Positions 1-8,770 are shown, counted from the first letter of the stretch. The stretch is DNA of 24,000 bases from Parvibaculum sp. (GCA_019635955.1 JAHBYL010000034.1:5029-29028), one strand, 5' to 3'. Notes: generated by a model from the sequence alone, not told the origin. A program made the numbers and translations.

Positions 1-2091
1 AACCGCACTCTCGCTCACGATCTTGAAGATCGCGATGTCGCCGACGCGGCGCACATGCGTGCCGCCGCAAAGCTCCACCGAATAGGTGCGGTTGTCCTTC
101 GCATCGTCGACGCCCATGGCGAGCACGCGCACTTCCTCGCCATACTTCTCGCCGAACAGCGCCAGCGCACCCGCAGCAATCGCATCGTCCGGCGTCATCA
201 GCCGCGTCGAAACTTCCGTGTTCTGACGAATGATGCCGTTCACGATGGATTCAACCGCGGCAATCTCCTCCGCCGTCATCGGCTTCGGATGGCTGAAGTC
301 GAAGCGAAGCCGCTCCGGTCCCACCATCGAGCCCTTCTGCGTGACATGGGGACCGAGCACGCGGCGCAGCGCCTCATGCACGAGATGCGTCGCCGAATGA
401 TTGGCCCGCGTCGCGTCGCGCAACGCCTTGTCGACCTTCATCTCAACGATATCGCCGGTCTTGAGCCGCCCGCGCGCGAGCTTGCCGATATGGACATGCA
501 TGTCGCCGAGCTTCTTCATCGTGTCGATCACGGGGAATTCCGCGCCGTCCGCCGAGAAGATGATGCCCGTATCGCCGACCTGCCCGCCCGACTCGCCATA
601 GAACGGCGTCTGGTTCGTGATGATCGCCGCTTCCTGTCCCGCCTCGACCGCATCGACCGGTTGCCCATCCACCAGCAGCGCCACGATCTTGCCTTCCGCG
701 ACTTCGCTTTCATAGCCGAGGAATTCGGTCGCGCCGAGCTTCTCGCGGAGCTCGAACCAGACCGCCTCCGTCGCCTTTTCGCCCGACCCCGCCCAGGCAG
801 CGCGCGCGTCCTGGCGCTGCTTCGCCATCGCGGCGTCGAAGCCTGTCTGGTCGACGCTCATGCCGCGCGAGCGCAGCGCGTCCTGCGTGAGATCGAGCGG
901 GAAGCCGTAAGTATCGTAAAGCTTGAAGGCGACCTCGCCCGGCAAGACGCCCTTGCCGCCAAGCTGTTCGACCTCGTCGTCGAGGAGCTTCAGCCCGCGC
1001 GTCAGCGTTTCGCGGAAGCGCGTTTCCTCGAGCTTCAGCGTCTCGGTGACGAGCGCTTCGGCGCGGCGGAGTTCCGGATAGGCATCGCCCATCTGGCGGA
1101 CCAGCGCCGGCACCAGCCGGTGCATCAGCGGCTCGGCCACGCCGACAAGCTGCGCATGGCGCATGGCTCGGCGCATGATGCGGCGAAGCACATAGCCGCG
1201 GCCCTCATTCGACGGCATCACACCATCGGCAATGAGGAAAGACGACGAGCGCAGATGATCGGCGATCACCCGGTGGCTCACCGCATGGGCGCCGTCGGGA
1301 TCGCTTTTCGAGGCTTCGGCGGAAGCGACGATCAGCGCCCGCATGAGATCGGTCGCGTAATTGTCATGCGTGCCCTGCAGCACGGCGGCGATGCGCTCGA
1401 GCCCCATGCCGGTATCGATCGAGGGCTTGGGCAGGTTCGTGCGCGTCCCGTCGGCATGCTGCTCATACTGCATGAAGACGAGATTCCAGATTTCGATGAA
1501 GCGGTCGCCATCCTGATCGGGGCCGCCGGGCGGGCCGCCGGGAATCCTGTCGCCATGATCGAAGAAGATTTCCGAGCACGGTCCGCAGGGGCCCGTATCG
1601 CCCATCGACCAGAAATTGTCCGATGTCGGGATGCGGATGATCTTCGCGTCGGGAAGTCCGGCGATCTTCTTCCAGAGGCCGAAGGCTTCCTCGTCCTCGG
1701 CATAGACGGTCGCGAGCAGCCGCTCCTTCGGAATGCCGAATTCCCTGGTGATCAGCGTCCAGGCAAACTCGATCGCCTCCGCCTTGAAATAGTCGCCGAA
1801 GGAGAAATTGCCGAGCATCTCGAAGAAAGTGTGGTGGCGTGCCGTATAGCCGACATTGTCGAGATCGTTATGCTTGCCCCCCGCGCGCACGCATTTCTGC
1901 GCGCTCGCCGCGCGCACATAGGGCCGCGTCTCCTGACCGGTGAAGACGTTCTTGAACGGCACCATGCCCGCATTGGTGAAGAGCAGCGTCGGATCGTTGT
2001 TCGGCACGAGCGGCCCGGAGGGCACGGCCTCGTGCCCCTGCGCGCTGAAATAGTCCAGAAACTTGCGTCGGATCTCGTTGAGGCCGTCCAT
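1..2091 (-). CDS. alaS: alanine--tRNA ligase, N-terminal ~697 codons; the 3' end lies beyond the left window edge
   Basis: Reverse-strand translation from the ATG at 2091-2089 reads [52 protein letters not shown]...[38 protein letters not shown], the AlaRS catalytic core. The frame stays open to position 1, so it has no stop in the window and is absent from the ORF track. The listed 55..2178 + ORF is its antisense shadow. Confidence 0.95.
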   Translation of the reverse strand, partial: MDGLNEIRRKFLDYFSAQGHEAVPSGPLVPNNDPTLLFTNAGMVPFKNVFTGQETRPYVRAASAQKCVRAGGKHNDLDNVGYTARHHTFFEMLGNFSFGDYFKAEAIEFAWTLITREFGIPKERLLATVYAEDEEAFGLWKKIAGLPDAKIIRIPTSDNFWSMGDTGPCGPCSEIFFDHGDRIPGGPPGGPDQDGDRFIEIWNLVFMQYEQHADGTRTNLPKPSIDTGMGLERIAAVLQGTHDNYATDLMRALIVASAEASKSDPDGAHAVSHRVIADHLRSSSFLIADGVMPSNEGRGYVLRRIMRRAMRHAQLVGVAEPLMHRLVPALVRQMGDAYPELRRAEALVTETLKLEETRFRETLTRGLKLLDDEVEQLGGKGVLPGEVAFKLYDTYGFPLDLTQDALRSRGMSVDQTGFDAAMAKQRQDARAAWAGSGEKATEAVWFELREKLGATEFLGYESEVAEGKIVALLVDGQPVDAVEAGQEAAIITNQTPFYGESGGQVGDTGIIFSADGAEFPVIDTMKKLGDMHVHIGKLARGRLKTGDIVEMKVDKALRDATRANHSATHLVHEALRRVLGPHVTQKGSMVGPERLRFDFSHPKPMTAEEIAAVESIVNGIIRQNTEVSTRLMTPDDAIAAGALALFGEKYGEEVRVLAMGVDDAKDNRTYSVELCGGTHVRRVGDIAIFKIVSESAV

Positions 2092-2273
2092 GGGTCCGCT
2101 CTGTCTACTCGATTGGGCGGGCCCCTTCGGGACCCTCGGGCAAGCGGCAGCCACCGGCTATCCGCCCCTTTTCATTGATGAATATAGGTTGCCCGCTTTT
2201 ACCTGTCGCCCGGCAGACTGTCCAGAAAGCCCCGCCCGGCGCCTTGCCTGCCGGCAAGGGACGGCCGTGAAAC

Positions 2274-2305
2274 GGAAAACGGCGCCGGAGGGTACCCGGC
2301 GCCGT
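2274..2305 (-). terminator. candidate intrinsic terminator downstream of recA
   Basis: Perfect 10-bp stem acggcgccgg (2279-2288) / ccggcgccgt (2296-2305) with a 7-nt loop. On the minus strand it is followed by a short TTTTCC tail, about 60 nt after the recA stop. The U-tract is short. Confidence 0.45.
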
Positions 2306-2364
2306 CTTGTGCCCGGCCGGACGGCCGGAGCTAGAGAAACTTGTTCAGCCTCATCGGGCGCGCG

Positions 2365-3449
2365 TCAGGCGCTCGCCTCCATATCGCCATCCTCGACCTC
2401 ATCCGGTCTCACTTCGTCGAGAATCTTCTCGGCAATGAGGCCGGCATTCTGGCGGATCGCGGTCTCGATCTCGTTCGCCATGTCCGGATTCTCGCGCAGG
2501 AACTGCTTGGCATTCTCGCGGCCCTGGCCGATCCGCTGGCTGTTATAGGAGAACCAGGAGCCGGACTTCTCCACGATACCGGCCTTGACGCCGAGATCGA
2601 CAAGTTCGCCCATCTTGGAAATGCCCTCGCCATACATGATGTCGAACTCGACCTGCTTGAAGGGCGGCGCCACCTTGTTCTTCACGACCTTGACGCGGGT
2701 CTGGTTGCCGACCACCTCGTCGCGCTCCTTGATCGAGCCGATGCGGCGGATATCGAGGCGGACGGAGGCATAGAATTTCAGCGCATTGCCGCATCTGTCG
2801 CCGCTTCCGGGCTGCTGAACATGACGCCGATCTTCATGCGGATCTGGTTGATGAAGATCACCATGGTGTTCGACCGGAAATCGAGGCGGTGAGTTTGCGG
2901 AGCGCCCGGCCTATCAGGTACCTGAAGGCCGGGCAGCGAGTCACCCATTTCGCCTTCGAGTTCGGCTTTGGGCGTCAGCGCCGACCGAGTCGATCACGAG
3001 CACATCCACCGCGCCGGAGCGCACCAGCGTGTCCGCGATCTGAGCGCTCGCTCGCCCGTATCGGGCTGCGAAATCAGCAGTTCATCGAGCTGCACGCCGA
3101 GCCAGGGCATAGACGGGATCGAGCGCATGTTCCGCGTCGACAAAGCCGCAAATGCCGCCCCTCTTCTGGGCCCGGCAATGGTCTGGAGCTGCTGAGCGCG
3201 TCTTGCCCGGAGGATTCCGGCATTCGTAAATCCCGATCACGCATTGCGGGGCAGCCCGCCGATGCCGAGCGCAATGTCGAGGCCGAGCGAGCCTGTGGGA
3301 AACGGCTTCGATTTCCACCACCTGCTCGCGTTCTTGCTGAGCCGCATGATGGAACCCTTGCCGAACGACCGCTCGATCTGGTCAAGGCGGCGTCCAGCGC
3401 CTTCTTCTTGTCTAACGTCTTTCACGAGGCTCACTACATTCTTGGACAT
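2365..3449 (-). pseudogene. recA: recA, multiply frameshifted (recombinase A pseudogene, or locally mis-assembled gene)
   Basis: Conserved RecA peptides are spread over all three minus-strand frames, in the correct order. They run [11 protein letters not shown] / [13 protein letters not shown] / [18 protein letters not shown] / [11 protein letters not shown] / [17 protein letters not shown] / VIGIYE / PESSG / GKT / LQTIA / [22 protein letters not shown]. They continue [17 protein letters not shown] / [19 protein letters not shown] / [19 protein letters not shown] / ALRKLTASI / [24 protein letters not shown] / [55 protein letters not shown]...(to stop at 2365). Only the last ~140 codons are contiguous. 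The span is 1085 nt, which is not a multiple of 3. Track ORFs 3237..3449, 3082..3321, 3074..3385 and 2365..2715 are its fragments. Confidence 0.9.
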
Positions 3450-3509
3450 GCCGTTTTCCCTTTAACCACGCCGCCGAGTCGCGCAATGCGATTTTGATGG
3501 GAACAAACA

Positions 3510-3592
3510 GTACCCGTTTTGTTCTCAATGGCAACCGAATTTTTAAGCCATTGATTTTGCATGATTAATAAGACCATGTTCATATCGTGTTC
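3510..3592. repeat. copy A of an 83-bp SOS-box-bearing element, in the recA-proximal upstream region
   Basis: An ungapped hand alignment of 3510-3592 with 4213-4295 gives 57/83 identical positions. Shared blocks are gtacc, ttttgttct, tggcaa, tttttaa, attga and catgttc-N7-gttc. Both copies have the same orientation and the same length. Confidence 0.7.
3578..3592 (-). promoter_or_regulatory. alphaproteobacterial-type LexA (SOS) box, GTTC-N7-GTTC
   Basis: GTTCatatcgtGTTC lies 130-145 bp upstream of the recA ATG and about 90 bp upstream of the divergent hicA ATG. It matches the direct-repeat SOS box (GTTC-N7-GTTC, equivalently GAAC-N7-GAAC) described for Rhizobium and Rhodobacter recA promoters. 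Confidence 0.55.
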
Positions 3593-3682
3593 GCATTTTC
3601 CGGCCATTGCCTTCCGGCGCTAATCGAGCAAGAATAACATTTATGTTGACTTAACACATCTGTTAAAGAGCCTTGACCCCAG

Positions 3683-3871
3683 ATGAACAGCGCCGAACTG
3701 AAGAAGTATCTCGCGCGGCATGGCTGCACATTTCGAGAACCACAAGGGCGGCTCCGGCCATCTGACTGTCAGGCGCGGCACCCGCACTTCGCAACTGCCG
3801 ATGCACGGAAGCGGCAAGGAATTGGGTAAGGGCCTGTGAACAAGATCCTGAAGGATCTGGGACTGAAATGA
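3683..3871 (+). pseudogene. hicA: HicA-family toxin gene with two compensating frameshifts
   Basis: Frame 0 gives MNSAELKKYLARHGCTF. After one extra base near 3735 the next frame gives ENHKGGSGHLTVRRGTRTSQLPMHGSGKELGKGL. After one missing base near 3838 the frame returns to VNKILKDLGLK*. The total span is 189 nt (63 codons). The KELGKGL..ILKDLGL tail is typical of HicA-family toxins. No intact ORF appears in the track. Confidence 0.75.
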
Positions 3872-4204
3872 TGCGGAACTATGAAATCGAACTGACAGCG
3901 ATGGTGATACCTCGCTCATCACCTGCCCTTCATTGCCCGAGGTGACGAGCTTCGGCGAAACGCGGGAAGACGCCTCGCCCGCGCCGCCGCCGATGCGATC
4001 GAGGAAGCACCGCCGCGGGCGCGATCGCGGACGGCGTGGAAACTCTGCCGCCTGCCGCTAAGCCCAGGCGCGCTTCATGCGGTGCTGCCGCCCTCACCCA
4101 GTTGAAGGTCGAGCTTTATCAGGCCCTGCGCGCGGAAGGAAAGCCGCGCCGATCTCCAGCGCGCGATGAAGGTCCACCGCCCGCAGATCACCCGCGCTTG
4201 CTGA
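3868..4204 (+). pseudogene. hicB: HicB-family antitoxin gene, frameshifted and 3'-truncated
   Basis: The ATG overlaps the hicA stop (ATGA). Fragments in different frames read MMRNYEIELTA / DGDTSLITCPSLPEVTSFGETREDA / AADAIEEA / IADGVETLPPAAKP / ALTQLKVELYQALRAEG / RADLQRAMKVHRPQITR. This is HicB-like: an N-terminal HicB fold plus a C-terminal HTH-like segment. Similarity stops at the boundary of repeat copy B. Confidence 0.65.
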
Positions 4205-4212
4205 AATTCAAT

Positions 4213-4295
4213 GTACCTATTTTGTTCTTTTTGGCAATGGATTTTTTAACCTATTGAATATAAATGGAAATTGAACACATGTTCGCACGGTGTTC
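4213..4295. repeat. copy B of the 83-bp SOS-box-bearing element; orphan, lying between the hicB remnant and the cckA 3' end
   Basis: See copy A: 57/83 identity ungapped, same orientation. No recA-like coding sequence follows it on the minus strand. Confidence 0.7.
4281..4295 (-). promoter_or_regulatory. second GTTC-N7-GTTC SOS-box match, inside repeat copy B
   Basis: GTTCgcacggtGTTC sits at the position homologous to the box in copy A. Confidence 0.45.
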
Positions 4296-4339
4296 CACGT
4301 GAAACGTCTCGCAGCCACCCTCATGCGGGACAGTGCGGC

Positions 4340-6901
4340 CTACTTCGCCCCCATCACGTCCTTCACGGCAGCAGCAAGCTGCTTCAGGGAGAAGGGCTTC
4401 GGCAGGAAGTGGAATTCCTGGTCGGGGTCGAGGTTCTTGGCGAAGGCATCTTCCGCATAGCCCGAGACGAAGATGATCGGCGTGCCGGGGAGCAGCGTCT
4501 TCAGCTCCTTCGCCATGGTCGGCCCGTCCATATTGGGCATCACCACGTCGGACACGACGAGATCGATCCGCCCCTCGTGCTCGCGCACGACCTCGAGCGC
4601 CACCTCGCCGCTTTCGGCCTGCAGCACTTCATAGCCCCGCGTGGCGAGCGCGCGGGCGGCAAAGGTGCGCACGGCGTCCTCGTCCTCGACGAGCAGGATG
4701 GTCCCCTTGCCGGTGAGATCGGCCGTCTCGGCCGGCGCAGCGGCAGCGGCGGCGGCGGCTTCGGCTTCCGCCGCCTTTTCGGCCGGGGTCTCGATATAGC
4801 GCGGCAGATAGATGCGGAAGCTCGTGCCCTTCCCCACCGTCGAATAGGGGAAGATGAAGCCGCCCGTCTGCTTGATGATGCCATAGACGGTCGATAGCCC
4901 GAGCCCCGTCCCCTTCGAGGGGTCCTTCGTCGTGTAGAAGGGCTCGAAAATCTTGCCGAGATTTTCCTTCGGAATGCCGGTGCCCGTGTCCGACACCTCG
5001 ATCAGCACATATTCGGCATGCGGCATCAGCGGGTGGTCGAGCGCGCGGCTGTCCGCCTCCGACACATTCGCCGTGCGGATGGTGAGCCGCCCGCCATCCG
5101 GCATCGCGTCGCGCGCATTGACGGCGAGATTGATGATCACCTGCTCGAGCTGGTTCTGGTCGACCTTCACGAGGCCGAGATCGCGGCCATGCACGATCTT
5201 GAGCTCGACCTTTTCGGTGAGAAGCCGCGCCAGCAGGTTCTGCAGTTCCGCCAGCGCGTCCGTGAGCGAGAGAACCTTGGGGCGCAGCGTCTGCCGCCGC
5301 GAGAAGGCGAGCAATTGCCGCGTCAGGTTCGCCGCACGGTTTGCGTTCTGCTTGATCTGCACGACATCGGCGAAGGACGGGTCGCCCGCCTGGTGGCGCG
5401 CAAGCAGCAGGTCGCAGAAGCCGATGATGGCCGTCAGCAGATTGTTGAAGTCATGCGCCACGCCGCCCGCGAGCTGGCCCACCGCCTGCATCTTCTGCGA
5501 CTGGGCGAACTGCATCTCGAGCGATTTCTGCTCCGTCGCGTCGATCAGATAGACGACGACCGAGGCTTCCGCGCCCATATCGACGCTCGCGGCGTAAAGC
5601 TGCCCCACCCGGTCGAGATTGCGCGCCAGACGAACGTCGATCGCCCCGCCGCTCACCCCTTTCCGCGCGTTGCGGATCGCTTCTTCCGCCGCCTCGCGGT
5701 CCTCCTCCATCAGCAGGTCGGAGAGTTTCAGCCCGCGCTTCACCTCCGCCCCCGCATAGGCGAGGAAGGAGCGGTTCGCATTGTCGATGCGGCCTTCGCT
5801 GTCGACGGTCGCAATGCCGACCGGCGCATTGTTGAAGAAGCGGGCAAAGCGCATTTCGGCGTCGCGCGCCGTCTCTTCCGCCTTGTCGCCCGTGGTCCGG
5901 CTCAGCACCAGCGCGAATATACGCGCCTGCCCTGCCGCATCGGCCACGCGCGTCCGCAGCACGCGGACCGGAAAGGCCTTTCCGTCGGGCCCTCGCAGAT
6001 CGACGTCGAGCGGCAGCAGCTGCCCGCTCTGCGCGGCCTCGCCTTCCTCCAGCGCCGGCACCTCGCCAAGCACCAGCTCGTCGAGCTTCGTCCGCCGCTC
6101 GGTCAGAAGCCGAGGGTCCGATCCGAGCCATTCGCCGAGCCGCGCATTCATGAAGATGAGCCGGCTTTCGGCATCGGTCGCGAAAAAGCCGAACGGCGCA
6201 TGTTCGATATAGGAAAGGGACCGGCGATGCCGCTTTTCCGCCGAAGCCGCGCGCTCGCGCTCCACCGTGAGGTCGCGGAACAGCCAGACCGCGCCGCCCG
6301 ACGCCCCGCCCAGTGGCCGCACGATGGCGCGGTAGGTGCGCGTCACATTGCGCGGGCCGATCTCGATGTCCTCTTCGGCGGCAAAGCCCGTCCGCGCCGC
6401 CTGCGCCAGACGGAAGGACACTTCCGAGCCCTCGCCTTTCCCCGCCAGCAGCCGCTCGACCGGCACGACGCGGTCGCCGTCGAAGGCGCCGGTCAGGTCG
6501 CGCCAGGCGGCATTGGCGAAGAGAACGGAGCCCCGCCGGTCGGTCACATAGCAGGGGTCGGGAAGCGCGGAAAGCGCATCGGCGGCTGCAAGCGGCGACC
6601 GGCTGAACGCATCGGCCTGGCTGCCGGAAAGGCCGTAAAGCACCGCGCCGCCAATGGCGACGAGCCCGAACGCCGTCAGAAGACCGGGGAACCCGAAAAC
6701 GTGAACGCCGAGCGTATCGAGAAGCGTGGTGACGATGCCGAGCGCGACCGCCGCAATCACGACCCAGCGCCGGGCAGGCAGCGAGAAGCCGCCTTCGGAC
6801 GCGCGTCCGCCCTCGTCTCCGGCGCCGATTTCGGTTTCATTATAATCGGCCGGCGTATCGGCCATGGCCTGCTCCCGCGTCTCTCCGCCGGGCCGAATCA
6901 C
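4340..6901 (-). CDS. cckA: hybrid sensor histidine kinase/response regulator, CckA-like cell-cycle kinase
   Basis: 853-aa ORF. It has two N-terminal hydrophobic segments (VVIAAVALGIVTTLL, LLTAFGLVAIGGAVLYGL) followed by PAS-like repeats. Kinase motifs are the H-box GGVAHDFNNLLTAIIGFCDLLLARHQAGDPSF, the N-box NLAVNARDAMPDGG and the G-boxes DTGTGI / GTGLGLS. An Ala-rich linker leads to a C-terminal receiver (ILLVEDEDAVR...VVSDVVMPNMDG...KPF). The H-box region closely resembles what I recall of Caulobacter CckA. The start is either GTG 6901, overlapping the flhB stop by 4 nt, or ATG 6865 (MADTPADY). Confidence 0.85.
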   Translation of the reverse strand: MIRPGGETREQAMADTPADYNETEIGAGDEGGRASEGGFSLPARRWVVIAAVALGIVTTLLDTLGVHVFGFPGLLTAFGLVAIGGAVLYGLSGSQADAFSRSPLAAADALSALPDPCYVTDRRGSVLFANAAWRDLTGAFDGDRVVPVERLLAGKGEGSEVSFRLAQAARTGFAAEEDIEIGPRNVTRTYRAIVRPLGGASGGAVWLFRDLTVERERAASAEKRHRRSLSYIEHAPFGFFATDAESRLIFMNARLGEWLGSDPRLLTERRTKLDELVLGEVPALEEGEAAQSGQLLPLDVDLRGPDGKAFPVRVLRTRVADAAGQARIFALVLSRTTGDKAEETARDAEMRFARFFNNAPVGIATVDSEGRIDNANRSFLAYAGAEVKRGLKLSDLLMEEDREAAEEAIRNARKGVSGGAIDVRLARNLDRVGQLYAASVDMGAEASVVVYLIDATEQKSLEMQFAQSQKMQAVGQLAGGVAHDFNNLLTAIIGFCDLLLARHQAGDPSFADVVQIKQNANRAANLTRQLLAFSRRQTLRPKVLSLTDALAELQNLLARLLTEKVELKIVHGRDLGLVKVDQNQLEQVIINLAVNARDAMPDGGRLTIRTANVSEADSRALDHPLMPHAEYVLIEVSDTGTGIPKENLGKIFEPFYTTKDPSKGTGLGLSTVYGIIKQTGGFIFPYSTVGKGTSFRIYLPRYIETPAEKAAEAEAAAAAAAAPAETADLTGKGTILLVEDEDAVRTFAARALATRGYEVLQAESGEVALEVVREHEGRIDLVVSDVVMPNMDGPTMAKELKTLLPGTPIIFVSGYAEDAFAKNLDPDQEFHFLPKPFSLKQLAAAVKDVMGAK

Positions 6902-7980
6902 CTCCGGCCACGCCCGCCGGTCATCTTAGCCTTAAGACGCATGACATATCCAATGACCTCGGCCACCGCCTTGTAGTGTTCCGGCTTGACCTCGTCGTCG
7001 ATATTGACGGTTGCGTGAAGCGCGCGCGCAAGCGGCGGATTCTCGACGATCGGCACATCGTTTTCCTGGCCGATTTCGCGGATCTTGAAGGCGACGGCAT
7101 CGACACCCTTGGCGACGACGACCGGCGCGCCCATGCCCTGCTCGTATTTGAGCGCCACTGCGTAGTGGGTCGGGTTGGTGATGATGACGGTGGCGGTCGG
7201 CACTGCGGCCATCATGCGCTTGCGGCCGCGCTCGGTGCGGATCTGGCGCAGCTTCGCCTTCACCGTCGGGTCGCCTTCCATCTGCTTGTACTCGTCCTTC
7301 ACTTCCTGGACGGTCATGCGCTGCTTCTTCATCCACTGCATGCGCTCGAAGAGATAGTCGAGCACGGCAACGACGGTCATCACCGCGATCACGCCGGCGA
7401 ACATCTTGAGTGCCATCACCTGCACGACGGGCAGCAGCTGGATCACGTCCCAGGTCATCATCAGGGCGAGGCGGTCGCGCTCCGGCCAGACGATCATGAA
7501 GGAGACGACGCCCACCACGACGATCTTGACGATGCCCTTGGCGAGGTTCATCAGGCTCTTCGCCCCGAACAGGCGCTTCAGGCCCTCCTTCGGCGAAACC
7601 TTGGAAAGCTTCGGCTTCATGTTCTCGGTCGTGAAGACCGGCGAATGCTGGATGAGATGGCCGAAAAGTGCCGCGCCCGCGAGAATGCAGAGCGGGCCGA
7701 GCACGGCGCCGAACACATCCCGCCCGATGCCGAGCCAGATATGCCTGAGATGCTCGGCATCCATCGGTATCGCATTGGGCTGCGCGAGGAAGATCGAGAG
7801 CGACCCCATCATCGACGAGGCGGTCGAAGGCGCGAGCATGGCGATCGAGATCGCGGCGCCGAGCATCACGAACCAGGTGCTGATCTCCTGGCTCTTGACG
7901 ATATCGCCTTTCTTTTCGGCTTCTTCTAGTTTTCGGTGTGTCGGTTCTTCTGTTTTTTCCGAATCGTCCTGATCGGCCAT
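6898..7980 (-). CDS. flhB: flagellar type III export apparatus protein FlhB
   Basis: 360 aa. The N-terminus MADQDDSEKTEEPTHRKLEEAEKKGDIVKSQE is typical of FlhB. It has four TM segments and the NPTH autocleavage motif (VIITNPTHYAVALKY). Confidence 0.95.
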   Translation of the reverse strand: MADQDDSEKTEEPTHRKLEEAEKKGDIVKSQEISTWFVMLGAAISIAMLAPSTASSMMGSLSIFLAQPNAIPMDAEHLRHIWLGIGRDVFGAVLGPLCILAGAALFGHLIQHSPVFTTENMKPKLSKVSPKEGLKRLFGAKSLMNLAKGIVKIVVVGVVSFMIVWPERDRLALMMTWDVIQLLPVVQVMALKMFAGVIAVMTVVAVLDYLFERMQWMKKQRMTVQEVKDEYKQMEGDPTVKAKLRQIRTERGRKRMMAAVPTATVIITNPTHYAVALKYEQGMGAPVVVAKGVDAVAFKIREIGQENDVPIVENPPLARALHATVNIDDEVKPEHYKAVAEVIGYVMRLKAKMTGGRGRR

Positions 7981-7995
7981 GGGGGTCCCTCCGGC

Positions 7996-8757
7996 CTAAC
8001 CGACGAAAACGGACATCGCCTGCTCGAAATACTGCAGGAACCACGTCATCATGGCCGCTAGCAGGAAGAGCAGAAGCACGAAACCAAGCATGATGTTGGC
8101 CGGCATCGCGATGAAGAAAATCTGGATCTGCGGCATCAGCCTCGAAAGAATGCCGATACCGACATAGAAGATGAGACCGAACACGAGGAACGGCGCGGCA
8201 AGCTGCAGCCCGATCTTGAACGAACCGGAAATCATCGTCACCGCAACCTGCGAGAAGTCCCCGACCGGAATGGCCTGCCCCGGCACGAAGAGCTTGTAGC
8301 TGTCATGCATGGCGGCGATCAGCAGGTGGTCGAGATTGGTGACGAAGATTAGCGTCACGGCCGTCAGCGACAGGAAATTCGCGATCAGCACGCCCTGCTG
8401 CCCCTGCGTCGGGTCCACGTTCTGCGCGAAGGCAAGGCTCACCTGCAGCGCGATGATATTGCCCGCCACGTGAAGCGCGCTCATGACGATGCGCGCTGCA
8501 CCGCCGATGAAAAGCCCGACGGCGATTTCCGTCACCACCACGAAGGCGAGCCCCGCTACGGTGGCCGGCAGCTCGCCATAGCTCGAGGCGACGAGCGGCA
8601 TCATCACGAAGGAGAGCAGCAGCGCAAGGATGATGCGCACATTCGCGGGAATGCTCGTCTCGCCCAGCGCCGGCATCAGCATGATCATCGCGGCAAGCCG
8701 CGTGAAGATCAGCATGAAGGTGAACGCCGTTTGCGGCAGGTACTCGATGGTGATCAT
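7996..8757 (-). CDS. fliR: flagellar export apparatus protein FliR
   Basis: 253-aa polytopic membrane protein (…FTFMLIFTRLAAMIMLMPALGE…) in the fliQ-fliR-flhB order. Confidence 0.9.
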   Translation of the reverse strand: MITIEYLPQTAFTFMLIFTRLAAMIMLMPALGETSIPANVRIILALLLSFVMMPLVASSYGELPATVAGLAFVVVTEIAVGLFIGGAARIVMSALHVAGNIIALQVSLAFAQNVDPTQGQQGVLIANFLSLTAVTLIFVTNLDHLLIAAMHDSYKLFVPGQAIPVGDFSQVAVTMISGSFKIGLQLAAPFLVFGLIFYVGIGILSRLMPQIQIFFIAMPANIMLGFVLLLFLLAAMMTWFLQYFEQAMSVFVG

Positions 8758-8770
8758 GGAGGCGCTGTCT

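Noticed and set aside
55-2178. 707-aa plus-strand ORF covering the left 2 kb
   Set aside because: It is the antisense shadow of alaS. The translation is Arg/Ala/His-rich low-complexity sequence with no recognisable motifs, whereas the minus strand gives a textbook AlaRS N-terminus.
4273-4284. GAACacatGTTC, which matches the Gram-positive Cheo-type LexA box (GAAC-N4-GTTC)
   Set aside because: It overlaps the first GTTC of the GTTC-N7-GTTC box in repeat copy B. The host is alphaproteobacterial, where the direct-repeat box applies, and copy A lacks the palindrome. It is likely coincidental.
4700-4790. GCG/GCC-rich run encoding AEKAAEAEAAAAAAAAPAETA
   Set aside because: This is a low-complexity Ala-rich interdomain linker between the kinase core and the receiver of CckA. 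It is in frame and not a separate feature.
5018-6976. 652-aa plus-strand ORF, plus other ORFs nested in 4271-6606
   Set aside because: These are antisense or out of frame relative to cckA, whose own frame carries complete PAS, HisKA, HATPase and REC motifs. They are typical stop-poor shadows of high-GC DNA.
6932-8044. 370-aa minus-strand and 317-aa plus-strand ORFs overlapping flhB
   Set aside because: These are alternative frames of flhB. Their translations are Arg/Gly/Asp-rich and lack TM segments. The FlhB frame has the NPTH motif and four TM helices.
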